Origin: Callorhinchus milii
Taxonomy: Eukaryota
Length of the DNA stretch: 64,000 bases
Assembly: GCF_018977255.1 (NCBI RefSeq)
Contig: NW_024704742.1
Location: forward strand, 34,226,001-34,290,000
Direction of reading: 5' to 3'
Below are positions 12,531 through 26,640 of the stretch, in pieces (within the stretch, counting starts at the first letter, position 1; each line of letters starts with the position of its first letter). The notes under the pieces are model-generated. The model saw only the letters and a list, made by a program, of their open reading frames with translations. It had not been told where the DNA came from and did not search any database. The translations under genes were made by a program, and so were the position numbers.

Positions 12531-12726
12531 TCAGCTACAAGGAAACTCGTGCTAAAAACATAATGGCAGCAGAGAAGTTTGTGGAGAGAAACCTGCTATT
12601 AAACATCAGTGCAAAATCTATCCCAGCATTTTATTAAGTCAACAATAGGGAGTTCAAAGTTATTGCCCCTCAGTTGGGAATCTCGCATATCCCTATTACA
12701 CCTGATGGGACAAAGAGAAATAGGCA

Positions 12727-12940
12727 ATGCTGGATCTCAGAAATAAAAACACAACACAAAATAAATGCACGGCAAGTTCCTCAGCATTTGAAAGAGAGAA
12801 GTTAATACTTCAGGTGCAGCCCTCTGTCAAAACTGCTCACTTCTGTGGAAAGTCAGACTGGAAACACTAACTTGCCTTTCTCTTTCAAATGCTAATTGAC
12901 ACACTGTACCCTTCGAGCATTTCCTGCTTTCATTTTGGAT
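12727..12940. mobile_element. Palindromic Penelope-like element, copy 2
   Basis: Inverted arms cagcatttgaaagagagaagttaa / taacttgcctttctctttcaaatgct; core CTGTGGAAAGTCAGACTGGAAAC. Confidence 0.55.
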
Positions 12941-13782
12941 CCTTACAACCATAGATTTTTTTACACACACAAGAAAGCCATTGTGTCTTACTGCCACCAA
13001 ACTACTTATTTCGAATCATATACACTTGAAAGCGCCTAAAAGCACATCAGTGCTGTTAATTTTCATACTGAAGTGCTGTCTTCTAATTTCCTTGTTATTT
13101 TAGAATACCCCTACTGACTCCTCTTTACTCCAGAGAGAATTTAGCATTAGAAGAGTTCAACACCAGAGTAAAAGATCTTGTAGAAAAGTACACCGGTTGT
13201 TGATTGAATACACTCCAGAGCACAAGAAAAGATTTCCGAAGTTAAGCTATAGAACATAGTTCCTTTGAAATTCAGCAACCAGCGGTCGCTACTGCATGTT
13301 TTATTGGTATGTTAGCTGTGCATTTATGTAGACCAGTAGTATATTGCATTTGAACCCTACTACTAAGTAAGTGAAGCTGTCAAATGGAATGCCACTAGCA
13401 CAGGTCATATGAAGAGAATTTTATATGTATATATATGCACAGCAATACTCGCTGTAGTTTAGCATCAATAGAATACTGCACTTCAAAGGGTGAGCTCAGA
13501 GGAAAAATCTCTGCCAATGCACCAGCAAACTGATAGTATTCAGGTCATTACATTCACAAGCTCTGCAGAGAAATAACATGTTAAAGGGTGAATCTTTGTG
13601 GAGTATAAAGTATTTTGATCAAATTCACTATTAATTTTGTTACAGGAGTTTATAGTTGCATAGTTTAATAATTATAAGTGAATTACATTATTCATTCTTG
13701 TTACTTTACAATTATAACTCCATTTGTTGTAAATCTTGCTGATTGCTAACACCTTTCTTATTGCGTGCTGTCTTAGTATAAG

Positions 13783-14123
13783 TAGGCTGTTTTCACTGGC
13801 TGCGGGGTCTGTAACCATGGGACACAAGTATAAGATAGTGACTAGGGAATCTAAAAGAGAATTTAGGAGGCACCACTTCACGCAGAGGGTAGTGCGATTG
13901 ATGAACTCGCTGCCTGAAGTCATGGTTGTATATAGTATAGTATACTACAGTATAGTATAGGTGCATTCAAGAGGAAGCTAGACCTTCACGTGAGGGAGAG
14001 GGGAATAGAAGAGTATGGGAAGGTGTAAGGAGTGGGTGGAGACTCATGTGGAGTATAAACACCAGCATGGACTGGTTGGGAAAGTGTCCTGTTTGCGTGC
14101 TATACAGTCTTTGTAAATCTTTG
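13783..14123 (+). mobile_element. CR1 LINE 3' fragment
   Basis: RLFSLAAGSVTMGHKYKIV...RRHHFTQRVVRLMNSLP (CR1 ORF2 C-terminus) followed by 3' UTR. Confidence 0.9.
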
Positions 14124-15531
14124 ACTTCCTATTGACCAATTTTCTGTCCGGGTTATGAAAACCCCACTATTGAAATTACCTGATGTAATATTTAGCATTG
14201 GCTTGCATTACTTCAGACATACTTCAGACATGCTTCAGAATGTTTCTTGAGCAGTACTATCAGAAGGGAAGTATTACAGCTAGTTTCATGTTTGTTCTAG
14301 GGCTGTACTGAAGCTGATCTTTTAGGCTCCAATGCTTTGAATGTTTACCACACCAGAGCTTCAAAGCTTCAGGTGCCTGCTTTCAAGGCCCAGTGGGAGC
14401 AATATGAGACAGGGTTAGTGACATCCAGTCTGGAGTGCAGGCCATCGGAGGTGGAATCATAACTGGAGCAGGATCTCGGGTAGCACAGAGCTTATGATCC
14501 AGGTTTTTAGCTTAAAAAACAAGCAGTCATTTTACTTGGATTTCTATATCTATTTCTATATCTATTCATTTTTCTATTTGTTTAGGGAGAACCTAGGTGA
14601 AAGCTCAAGGCCCATGGGGGTGTAATAGTCCAACATAGTTGAACAGGTGATGCTTGGGTTTTGAAAGTCTTTGGATTGTGGAAAGAAGGAAAGATGGAGG
14701 GAGGGAAAGATAGAAGAGACATAAGGAATGACTTATTTGGAGCTTGAGACGAACAAGAGATTAATTTATATTTATATGCCTTGGGCTTCAATCATTTGTT
14801 TAAGGCACCAACACCTTGTTTTAGTGTTTTGTGGTATGGTTTCTATGGAGTGAAATTCTGGAGATCCATAATGTTACCATTTTGGCAGTGTGTACACTTA
14901 CAATTGGAGCACATTGTTGAGATGGAATCTTTCCTATCCAGTGGAATATCACCCCTCTAGTGTATTGAAGTAGAAATATCTTTACCTACAAGAAAGCAGA
15001 TTGGTATCATACATAATGTGATGACACAGCGTCAACTTTTTCTCAGATTTATAAATGAGCAACACAATGAAGGCCCACAAAACATCAATCCACCCTAAAC
15101 AAAGTCAATGTGTCACTTGTGTGTGATGCTTCGATCTGTGATGCTCTCATGAAAGCGACAATTTCCCTTCAACTTCAGAGGTGTGGACTGAGAAGAAATG
15201 TATAACATTTTTGAATAAGTTCAATTAGATTCACAATTTTATGTAAGTGTTGTCCTGCCATTGTCTCTAAACATATTTATATTTGTCCTCAAGATGAGCT
15301 AATACTACATTTTTGCCTACAAAATACACAGTCACTGTTCATAATATATCCTATGAAGCACTTTGAGACATCTTCCCTTCCTTGAAAGGGGTTATATCAA
15401 ATGCAAAAATTATTATTTTGCTAGCATTTCCAAAATATGGTGTAAATTATGTAGTGTAACGGCGAATGAGTAATTATGAGTATCTTACAAATATTTCCTC
15501 GATCAACATATGCTTTAGGCCTAGGGTCTGA

Positions 15532-16130
15532 AAATAAATAATAATCATTGCATTTGATATAGTGCCTTATTGTGGAGTCCTGTAGCTCAGTGTTAGAGCA
15601 CTCGCCTTGCAAGTGAGATATCTGGATTCAATTCCAGGCAGGGCGAAACCTTGGGCAAGTTTCCTTACTCCACACGCCTAATAATAATCCCTCCAAAAAA
15701 ACCAAAAACAATAAATAATTGGTCATTTTCAATCCACAACTGTTTATGGGACATTGCTGAGCGCAATTGGCTGCCGCGTTCACCCACAAATATACAGTCA
15801 ATTCACTTTACAGTGTGTTCTGTGAAGCGCTTTGGGACGTCCTCCCGACATGAAAAGCGCTATATCAAATGCAAGGATTATTAGTATTATTATTATTATG
15901 TCATCAAGATGTCTCAAAGCGCTTCACAGGATTTGTTACTGTGAATGGTAGCTAGTGACTTTTAATTTTAGGTGAACACAGCTGCCAATTTGCCTACAGC
16001 AATGTCCCACAAACAGTGAATAACCAATTTTATCTGGGGGAATGTTGGCCGGGTCACTGGGAGAAACTCCCTTCTCTTTTTTTGAATAAGGATCTTTAAC
16101 ATTCACTGAACAGGGAGATGGGGTATTATT
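15532..16130 (-). mobile_element. Old Deu-SINE 3' half, interrupted by a younger SINE
   Basis: Tail ataatcattgcatttgatatagtgccttat (to 15570) resumes at 15898 as atgtcatcaagatgtctcaaagcgcttcacag. Confidence 0.75.
15574..15897 (+). mobile_element. Young tRNA-Ala-derived SINE, full length
   Basis: GGAGTCCTGTAGCTCAGTG head; closely similar to 7322-7646 and 62310-62625; L2-type tail. Confidence 0.9.
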
Positions 16131-18254
16131 TGGCGATTGAAACCTAAACGTTACTGAAGTGCAACTACACATTTATTTAAACAGATCATAGTTGTGGTAT
16201 TTGCCTATAATGTTTCCGTTCAAAACATTTGTGTTTGAATTCAGTTGATTTTTATTGATGAAATGCATTTAATGGCTAATTTTAAAAAAAATCCTTTTGC
16301 AATTTTTAAAATCACGGTTCAATTCTCTGCAGGTTTACTATTCCTAAAATCAGTCTAGCTCCAATCTACACTGATTTCTGTAATCTTCTTCTCTACTTCT
16401 TGACTACACTGTATATTTACCACAGCCATAGGAGAGAATATACCTTCCTGCTGAATTTTCCTCCACTGTCTCAAGACGGTGAACTGTAAGGCATCTTATC
16501 TAACTGCCTGCCTGAGAACCAGTGAAAGTCATCCACTGGGGATAATCAAGTTTGAATGTCAGTCAGGTTAGGATTTGAACCTGGGTCTAAGGTCCCAGCA
16601 AAGGAATCCAGTATTGAACTGCTAGGGGTGCAGGGCTGCCAAAACACAAAAATAAATTTCAAGCTGTCAGAATCATTTTCAATCTCTTATTCTTTTACCC
16701 ATGATTTATATCGCAAGTACGTTTCACTGCATTTTGAAGTCTCTTTCCATAGCCACAACATTGTGCTTCTTTTCAACCGTATCGTATGCAAGTCATTCTT
16801 TAGCATCAGTTTTTGATAACTCCTGTCATTTATTAACAGTATTTTTTATGCATTCCTTGCCTACAGACAGCATCATAATTTTTCTTCTTTCTCCAATAAC
16901 GTAGCCTGCCGAGTGGATTTGGATAATTGCAGGGCAATTCTCTTACACCACAGAGTACCAAAAGCTGTAAGTGGTTGGATCTTTAAGACTGACTCTGAAT
17001 TTCATATGCGATTGTAAATACTCTGAAAACATTAGATTACCAACTTTCATGTCACTCCATGTGACTTCTAACAATTGTCCTCAGAGCACATTCTCTATGC
17101 GAGTCATTCTTCCTTTGGTCAATCTCTCTTTGCTTTCAGATTTTTTAATGCGAAATTAGACTGACAAAAAGAAGGTACTGACTGCCAATGTTTTGTTGCG
17201 TTGACAGTTCATTTTTAATGTTTCTATCAAAAACAGCGTCAACATAACAAGCGCTACCTTTTCTTCTGAAAGCCCCAAAGCACACTGCATGCTAGTAATG
17301 CTAAACTTGATCAGTATGCCTCGTATTAAAATTAGTTATGCTCTGAGTCACTTGTACTGTAAGAAGTGTACAAATTCCTGATATAGGATATGGGACACAG
17401 GCACTCACAGCTCCAAGATTCTGCTTTTAATAGCATCCAATTAATGGTCTAAATCTGCATTGCTAAAAAATTATAACGTTTTCCAGCTGCATCCGTGTTT
17501 CCACTGTAAAATATATCGACCCAGAACCATATCGATGTCTCCAGCACAGCAGCTGCAGAGTTTATTCTCATCATTGAGATGAAAAAAAATTACTTGCACA
17601 CAGTGAAAGGCTGAGCTCTTTCCAAAGCTGAAACCAGCTTGCAATGAGAGATTTAATATGGGAGGGAAGTTACATCAAGGTGATCTCTAGGGACATACTT
17701 GTTTTCAGATGGAATGAAACCCTGTCACCTTTGCGTTACACAATAGCCAGTTTGCACACCTTCAGCTCAGAAAGTAATCGAGTATGAGCATGTTTTATTT
17801 AAAGTCACTCTGCGCTGACTATTTGATGGTGCAATTTATTTTTAAAGTGCATGGAAGCAAACTAAACTGCCCCAGCCACCAGCCACAAACAAATGATTTA
17901 TTTTCTTGTTGTCGTTTTGCTTGAGGACGCTATAGCACTTAATAATGAACACCACTGTGTGCATTTATTGCTGTCAAAATAATTGCATCAAGTGCTTACC
18001 TCCTGAATTAAAAATAAACTATCATGATAACAAAAGTCCTAATTAAGCTTCCAGTGCATACAATGCCATTCTTATTACTTGTGAGCCTTGGTTTATTTCT
18101 CTCAGGATAATGTTTTTGAAAGATCTGATTAATCTTGTTAAAAATGTGAGGAATAAAACGAATAAAAGACATGTGAGCAGTGGTTTACCTGGGCAAGAAA
18201 AATAAGCTACTTTGTGGTATGTAAGAACTGAAATATCAACTTGTCTTGGGCCTT

Positions 18255-19370
18255 AACAACAACAACAACAACTTAGATTTATATAGCGCCCTCCATGCCG
18301 GACGTCTCAGAGAGCTTTACAGTAACGGATCCCAGGGCCGAGCCAGGGAGAGGGGGAGGAAGGTGACCAAAGGTGTGGTCGAAAAGAAAGGTCTTCAGCA
18401 GAGACCTGAAAATAGGAAGAGAGGGAGCGAGACGAAGGGAGTGAGGAAGGCAGTTCCAGAGCCTCGGGGCGCAGTGGCTAAAGGCACGGCCGCCGAGGGT
18501 GGAGCGGAGAACTCGGGGGACGAGGAGGAGGCCAGACCCAGAGGAACAAAGGCAACGGCTACTGTTTTGAGGAGAGAGGAGATCAGAGAGGTAGGGGGGT
18601 GCAGAGGAGCGCAGGAACTTGAATACAAGGGTGAGGATCTTGAAATTGATCCTCTCTGGGACAGACAGCCAGTGCAGTCTGGCAAGGACTGGGGTAATTG
18701 GGGAGCGGAGTTTGGTGCGGGTGAGAATGCGGGCGGCAGTTTTGAATGATTTGGATTTTATGGATGGTAGTGGATGGGAGACCGGTGAGGAGGGCGTGAG
18801 AGTAGTCCAGCCGAGAGGTGACAAAGGCATGGACCAGGGTTTCAGCAGCTTTTGGGGAGAGGTATTGGCGTAGACGGGCGATGCGTCGGAGGTGGAAGAA
18901 AGCGGTGCTGGTGAGGGACCGGATGTGGGGGAGGAAGGATAATTGGGGGTCGAATCTGAAGCCTAGGTTGCGTATGGGTTTGGAGAGTTTTAGGGGGAGG
19001 TCGGGTAGGTGGAGGAGGTGAGAGCCATGAGATTTTAGACTTTGATGAGAGCCAAAGAGTATGGCTTCCGTCTTGTCAACGTTCAGCTGAAGGAAGTTTG
19101 CACTCATCCAGCCCCTGAGATCTGACAGGCAGGCTGACAGAACATCAGAGGAATGGGGGTCGCAAAGAGAGGTGGAAAATAGAGTTGGGTGTCATCTGCA
19201 TACATGTGGAAATGTACATGCAGATGATATCCCCAAGAGGGAGCATATAGATCAGAAAGAAAAGGGGGCCAAGGATGGATCCTTGGGGTACTCCGCAGGT
19301 GACCGGGTGAGAGTGGGAGGAGAAGCCGTTTGTGCAGATGTAGTGTTAGCGGTTTGTGAGGTAGGACTTA
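18255..19370 (-). mobile_element. L2 LINE, 5'-truncated (RT C-terminal half to tail), frameshifted
   Basis: Minus translations [58 protein letters not shown]; (TTG)n tail. Confidence 0.95.
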
Positions 19371-19600
19371 AGTGCCTCTTTGCCTTAAAATGTTAAGTTT
19401 AAACAATGTGGTGGAAAATTCCTAAATACAATATTAATTTGAAAGACAGTTCTTTTGAAGAACTGCAGAGAAATAACTTCCAAAATAAGACTGAAGTTAC
19501 GAATTTTCCAACATATGTCTTAATCTTACATTCCAAGGCAAAACTAAGACAAGTTAGAATTTCAGGTCCTGAACTACAGAAAACTACTGAGCGGTGATTC

Positions 19601-19854
19601 TCTGGCCATTGATAAATTTACAGACATCGGGGGCAAAAAAAATCATATTGGATTATCCATTCTAATTTTACACTCCTGCAAATTTATAGACCAATGCAGA
19701 ATATAATATTCTCACTTACCAAGGTCTATAAATTTAACAATGACGAAAAATCTAAATCCCATCATAACTCACACGCAAACTCCGGAAATTTAAAAAACAG
19801 CTGACTGCATAAAGTTCTCATCCACTAAGGTCCATAAATTTATTGATGACCAGA
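19601..19854. mobile_element. MITE-like element with ~25-bp imperfect terminal inverted repeats
   Basis: tctggccattgataaatttacagac versus ggtccataaatttattgatgaccaga; internal aaatttatagacc / ggtctataaattt. Confidence 0.5.
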
Positions 19855-20169
19855 CCATCATATCAAACACATCGAGAAACACTACTAAGTTTAACCCATA
19901 TTGAATATTCATAACTGGGAGAAATCATCAGGAAGCAGCTTCACATTGACTGGAATCGTCAGTGATAGATCAACAACAAAACCAACAACTTGCATTTATA
20001 TAGTGAACTTCATGCGGGGTAGCATCCTGGAGCCCTTGATCAATAATCACACCCAAATTCACCTCTGCTAATTTTATCCACTGGGCCCCAATATCACAAG
20101 GTTGGTTTGGATGAAGAAGACCCAACTGCCCATCTGATTTGTTCCTTCCAATGAGATGTATCACATGCA

Positions 20170-20700
20170 TTGGAGACTCGTGGTTTGGTCGGGAAGGAAC
20201 AGGCTGGCTTTTGTTCCCATGAGGAATGTATGGGACAGGCTATGGTTTTGTATGAGATCAAAGAACATTGTAAAGCTGAAAGGGAAACCCATCTACGTTG
20301 CATTCATCAACTTCGCAAGGCTTCCGACCTAGTGCCTCATGAAGCTCTCATGATGAAACTGTAAGGCATGGGATTTTATCAGGTATTCCAGTTTGAAGAT
20401 CCAGGAAGGGTTTACAGGGACACATTGAGCCCATCCTCTTGAAAGGAGAGTAAGACAAGGCCTTACACACCCTATTTGATGTATTTACCAATGACATGTT
20501 GGATGGCAACAAGGGGAGACATACTTGATGAATCTGTTCCAGGCTTTTCTGATAGGATTGTAATGTTTCTGATTGCTGATGATATTGTGCTGCTGGCAGA
20601 CTCAGCTAGGGATGTTTTGTGCTGTATTCACCATTTTGAACCCTGGGCCACCTGGTGGGACATGATGGTGGATGCCCAGTGACCATTCTGCACCCCTCCA
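20170..20700 (+). mobile_element. Degenerate non-LTR reverse transcriptase (RTEX/RTE-like)
   Basis: GKEQAGF, RKASDLVPHEALMMKL, FLIADDIVLLADS motifs. Confidence 0.75.
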
Positions 20701-23077
20701 AGTCCTGTCGATGAGCCAGCATCAATAAGAACCCACTATTTAATTTTTCTCTCTGATGTTTTTGCTCACCGCTAAGCATGGACATTGGAGAGAAAAAGGT
20801 TTATTCTCCTGTATTAGCAAATTATGTAATATCAGTCTTATTGGGAACTCTGATTATAAGTATGTATTCTATGCTTTCTTAGCTTCTTCCATCTGCTTTC
20901 ATTATCGCCTTCAGTTATATCATTATTTCCGGTTATCACATCAGGCATATCCGACCCATTGTGGTCATTTGAAGTGACCCACTTGCGAAAGCCATGATAG
21001 AATTAGTTTGTTGAAATAAATGGGATCGAAATTAAGTTATACAGGCGAGTCAAAAACCTCAGGAAAAATACTGCGACCTGAAAATATCTGAGGAAGCTCA
21101 GCTGAGAGAAAAAAAAATCAAAGGAAAAGGAACTTCTGAACTTAGAAGGGTTGAAAAGTTTGCATTTCCTCAAATAGTTGCTGAACAGCTATAAAAAATC
21201 CAGTGTTTATTTTTTCCACACTGCCGTGGGTCCTGGTGCTGGAATAAATCATGTCTTTACAACCATTGTTTGTATCATAATCCTTTAATGTCCAGCCAGG
21301 CAATTTTTTTTCAATTTATATGCTTTTAAGAGATGCTACAAATTGTAATAATTCACAGACGAATAATTCCCACAATTTGGACTGTATATGATAGCCCACC
21401 ATTGAGGAAATTTGCATTTTTAGAGCATGTTCTTTGCAAGAGTCCACTGGGTTTTATGTAAAAGTAGCCTGTCAAGAAAGAAAGATAGCCCCAGGCAAGC
21501 AGACAGGATTTACCAATCCAGAACCTTTTTTTATACAGCGAATTCCAATATAATTCATTCCAATATAATATTGCATCTTCATACAAGTGTGAGCCTCTTT
21601 GATACTAGTGCTAATCATCTCATTTTACAGTACATTCTCAATCCTCATTAGTTCAAACCTCTTCTGAGCAGAGGTTCAACTCATCCAGGTTTAAAATATC
21701 CTATTGAATGTAGTAATTGTTATGACGAGACATCTACAACAACTGGATAAAGTTGGCAGCATTTCATAATGCATTCCTTGCGTTCACAAGAAATATGTTG
21801 CGAAACACAGCAAATTTGAGCCCAATTTACTATCAGATTTGATTGACATCCAGATCACATTTTTCTGCTGCAAAGTACAGTTTATAGTCTTCAAACATGT
21901 TCATGGTCACCTCCCCCACCCCCTGGTTCGGCCTCAGGCTCCGCCACTGTCAAGCGCTCTGAACTGCTACCCTGCATGTGGAACACTATATAAATGTAAG
22001 TTGTTGTTTACAAACCACAATGGGAGGGGAACCATATGTCAGATGTTAACAACAGCAATGTTTTTGATACATCTCAATATCGAGATTTTCCATCACAAAA
22101 ATGCAGTGAAAAGATTGCTATTTTTACTGATCATTCATTTTAAATGACTGTCATGCGTCTTAAAGCTACTGGATAATGTTGTGTCGATATTAGCTGTAAA
22201 TAAACCTCAGCAATGGAAAGAAACTTGCATTCAACAAAAGATCTTATTACTGGCAATATTGTAATGTTTATTTGAGTGGTTTGCACAGAATTAAATCTTC
22301 AAACTAAATATTCTTGCAGAAGTAATCCTTTTCAATAAAGTTTATTATTAACCTTTTATGTCTAGTTAGAACTACAAAAGAAATATTTGAAAGTAAATGA
22401 ATCTTGAGAAAAGATATACAATAAAAATAAATAATAATCCTTGCATTTGGTATATAGCACCTTTCACGTTAGGAGGACATCACAAAATTACTTAGGATAT
22501 GTTGTAAAGTGGACTGACTGGTTTGTGATTGAATATTTCTTTAAATAAACAATCAAATTCTGAGGACTTGCTTTTTGTGGCACTAACATTTTCATGTTAT
22601 AATAATATCCTTAACTGGTTCTTTACAATGAAAGAGTAACTTTTACTCTCTCCCTCAATCCCTCCGCCTTGCCCCCTCACTCCCCATTTTCAAATCTCGC
22701 CTAAAGATCTTCCTTTTCGATCATGCTTACAGGTGGATTTATTCAGGACAGTGGAATTTATTTTCCTATTCAAATTCCATCTTCTTTAGGCTTTTAATAC
22801 CAGTGTTAATATATGATTTGTTATCCTGGTGTTGACAAGCTTCAGGTTACTTTTCAAGGAACCATGAAGGCAGATCAAGCTACATGTAGGATTGGGAACC
22901 TGTTACTTTACATTCATTTCAGCTCAAACATTCATTTCACATATTGCAGCTTTCTGACGTAAATATCTGTCTCTTGCAGTGCCTGTGTAGCTAGAAGCAG
23001 CTTCTCTTAGTAAGATTTTTTTCCAATTTAGCACAGAGGAGATTCTTTACTCCCACTGAGTTGTGACCTTGAGAAGC

Positions 23078-23307
23078 CTTTACATTGACAGAGTAACTTT
23101 TACTCTCTGCCTCAATCTGCCTTGCCCCCTCCCTCCCCATTTTCAAATCCCACCTAAAGGTCTTCCTTTTTGATCATGCTTACAGTCACCTCCCACCTCC
23201 CTCTCTCCCTCTCCCCCTGGCTCAGGGTCAGACTCCACCACTGTCAAGCGCTCTAGGATGCTACCCCGCATAAAGGGCACTATATAAATGCAAGTTGTTG
23301 CTGTTGT
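23078..23307 (+). mobile_element. L2 3' fragment; first ~110 bp duplicated at 22621-22732
   Basis: L2 3' UTR and tail gcgctctaggatgctaccccgcataaagggcactatataaatgcaagttgttg. Confidence 0.8.
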
Positions 23308-24819
23308 AACACCTCAGAACCCACTGCTATTGCTAGCACTGTTTCAGTGCACAAGTTTTAAAATGTTTGACATATTCAGGCCTTTAGAATTTGCTAGACA
23401 TTCATGGGGGAGGGGGAGGTGGGGGGCGGTGGTGGTGGAGGGTATATGCTGAATCTTTGTTCAAATTACCAACATCCAAAAGTAGCCTATTTGAAGATCA
23501 GCTACAGTTTTGAAAAAGTATCTGACTGACATTGTCCAGAAAAGACCAGAGAGAATTCTCTTTTGACACAACACACAATGCAAATCCATCCTGCAGTCCC
23601 TCCGATTTGCTCCCTGCCCACATTAAAAACCCGCCTTAAGACATACCTCTTTGACCATGTTTTTGGACACATTTCCCATCCCACCCCCTCACCGGTTCCC
23701 CCCTTCTGACGTGAAAGATATGAATATAAATTGTATTGCATTGAAAATAAGCCTGATGCATACTCCTGCTTATAGTATTCTGTTGTTCAGAAATTATTCA
23801 GAAGTGACTTATTAATCCCTCTTAGACAATGTCAACTGCATTTAGCACTCACAATATAATACCAAATGGCAATACATCAGAAAACATGTTTAATTCCTTT
23901 CATGATAAAGTCATGGAGAAATTTTACTTTCAATGGTAATGAAAAAGCACTGAATGTCTAAGAAACGAGATGTTAACTTAAATTTAAAGATAAGTCTATT
24001 TCAAATTGGGGTTAATTTAAAATCCATATTTAAAACTGGTCAGGATTATTAGTAACTACTTCCACTCATTCTATAATAAAGATAGTAACATGGTTGAGAA
24101 GACACAGGATTCAGTACATCACTATATTCATTGGAAGATCTATATGCTAGTGAACTCCCTAAAGAGTTTACAAAGAACATACAGCACAAAAACAGGTCAC
24201 TCAGCCCAACCAGTCAGTGTTGATATTTATACTTCACAATACAATACAGCCCCCTGGAAAGTGTTTCATAACATGAATAACTGCATTGATTGCAATTGGC
24301 TTCATTCTTATTCAGCAGCTATTAGGCAAAAATTAGCTATTAGATCAGTTAAAATGTGATTAACTGGGATATCCGGCAACCTTCAAGAATTCTTTGTATC
24401 AATGTTACAGCACTCTGAGATGCATTCCTCATGATGGGTGCTATATAAATGCAAGTTGTTGTAGTTCATCAGATGATACCAGGAATCAGCTGTGTGAAAG
24501 ATATATGTTTTCTCAGTCAGACAGATTCCATTATTTTCAATCATGGCAATGTTTAGCCTACATTCTTGCTTTTGCTCCATTCTAAAGGTGGCAAATTCTA
24601 CAAAGTGTAAAACTGTCAAAAAGAAACAAACACTGCTTCAAATATTTCCAACCATTGTTTTGGATCTCATTTGTAACTCCAAATTAGGAGTTTTAACTCA
24701 AGATCACAACAACAACAACAACAACAACAAGATTCCATTCATAGAGCGCCTTTCACATCGGGAGGACGTCCCAAAATCCCCTTAATCTAGATTAAAACTC
24801 CTTACTTGGAATTGCAACT

Positions 24820-25200
24820 GTCTTGGTTTCATTGCTAGAACTCTCAACTCTTGGTTAGAAGATGGTGGGTTTAAACCGTACCAAAATGCCTGAGCTCCTA
24901 TTCTAGGGGAAATACTCTAGTGCAGCACTGAAGGTGGGCTGCATTGTTGGATGTTCTTTCGTTTGGATGGGACATTAAATGGATCAATTTCAGGACAATT
25001 TTAAAGACTCCATTATATTATTGAGAAAAAGAGGAAGAAAATGTTCCCAGCGTCCTGGCCAACAACCCTTCAGATTAGTTGGTCATTTATCTCCTAGATG
25101 TTTTGGGAAACAGATTTCTGCCATGTTTTCTTACAGAAAATGAGTAACTATACTGGAGTGAATTGTCTTTGAAGTGCTATAAAATGCAAGTTATTTCTTT
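24820..25200 (+). mobile_element. Old Deu-SINE
   Basis: actctagtgcagcactgaagg...gctgcattgttgga...gtcctggccaaca. Confidence 0.7.
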
Positions 25201-26384
25201 CTAACTGAGAATATGATTAAAGTTCACACACAATATTGTATGAGATACCATTCATGTCTCATCTGCTTGCGAGCATGTGTACACACACGTATACTCTCAC
25301 CTATGAAGCCTGTTAACTAAGCACTAAGTCATTGGCTAGCAGCTAATATTTGAAACCACAGAATTACTTTAAAGTCTATGAATATAAGTTACACAGAATA
25401 GCCCCAATGTTCATAAGACAATTTCAAAGGGTTTTGTAAAACCAAAACAAAGTACATCCTGTGGGAAAAATCTTGGACGGAATTGTTCTCGGTCTGTAGA
25501 GTGATGCACTAATCAACCTCTATTAAGCTTATCGTAACTGGGTTAACATGAGCAAAGGGGATTTCAGCATCAAACTAATTTGACATTAGTCAGTGAAATA
25601 TGAGCAGCTGGCTTTTCATGCTAATACAACAAAACCTGACTACTATCACCTATTCAAGGCTCACTCCAACTATAGTATTTCTATAGTGAAGTCCTCTCTA
25701 TCATCTGATTTGAAATATGTGTAAAATGACTAAGTGAGATTTGCGAGAGTTGGCAAAGTGCGGAAGGATAAAGACAGAGAGCGAACTGGATGATTGTAGA
25801 GAGATGGAGCTTTACTATTCAGCCTATTTTTTTGCACTTCAGCTGTTTTCAGAATTCACTGCTAGAAGTTGTGTTAATATCGCTGCCCCATGTGAAGAAT
25901 GCTATGCAAATGCAAGTTGTTGTTGTAGAATGCAAATCAGAATTTGCAATTACCACTTCCACCCCTTTTGTTAATATAGCCAACTAAATCCCAATATCTG
26001 TACAATGGTCACTAACGCAATGTGGTACAATCCCATGACTATCAGTTTCAATGTATCACTTATAAAGTGGAGCATAATCAGAAAGTTATAGTAAAAGGAT
26101 TTCACTCGAACCTGCCATTTTCTTCAGAGAGCTATTCACCTGGAATCATTCTGCAATAAAGCACTGTAAAATCAATCATATCCCTTTTTTACAGCCACAG
26201 CTGGTGTGACTTTGTGGAGATTATTATCATGTTGCCTGCTTAGATAGTGCCATAAACAATCATCTCCTGGTATGCTGAATGGTGCAACTTATTGATGCCC
26301 ATGTAAACATTGTGTACACTGGCGCAATGTGTAGAAATTGCCAATCTATGGTGGTGTTGTCACATATAAAATTGGAATGACTTG

Positions 26385-26640
26385 TTAGCGTGGCTCAGTC
26401 GGCAACGCCATTCACTGGATGCTTTGATTTAACAATCGAAACTGACATTCCAGTGCAATATTGGGGAACGCTGCATTGTCATGGTTGCCATCCTTTGGAT
26501 GAGACAAGATTTTCTTTGTTTGTTTAAAGATCCCAAATAACTATTGAAAGAAAGAAGGCGTCCTGGCCAACAATCCTCCAAATAAATTGATCATTCACCT
26601 CATGGCTGTTTGTGGGACATGGCTCTGTGTAAACTGCTGC
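26385..26640 (+). mobile_element. Old Deu-SINE
   Basis: agcgtggctcagtcgg head; ctgacattccagtgcaatattgggg...ggatgagac...aaagatccc. Confidence 0.7.

Noticed and set aside
16700..17157. Protein-looking - strand translation suggesting a pseudogene
   Set aside because: Several in-frame stops in about 150 codons and no recognisable motif; compatible with random sequence.
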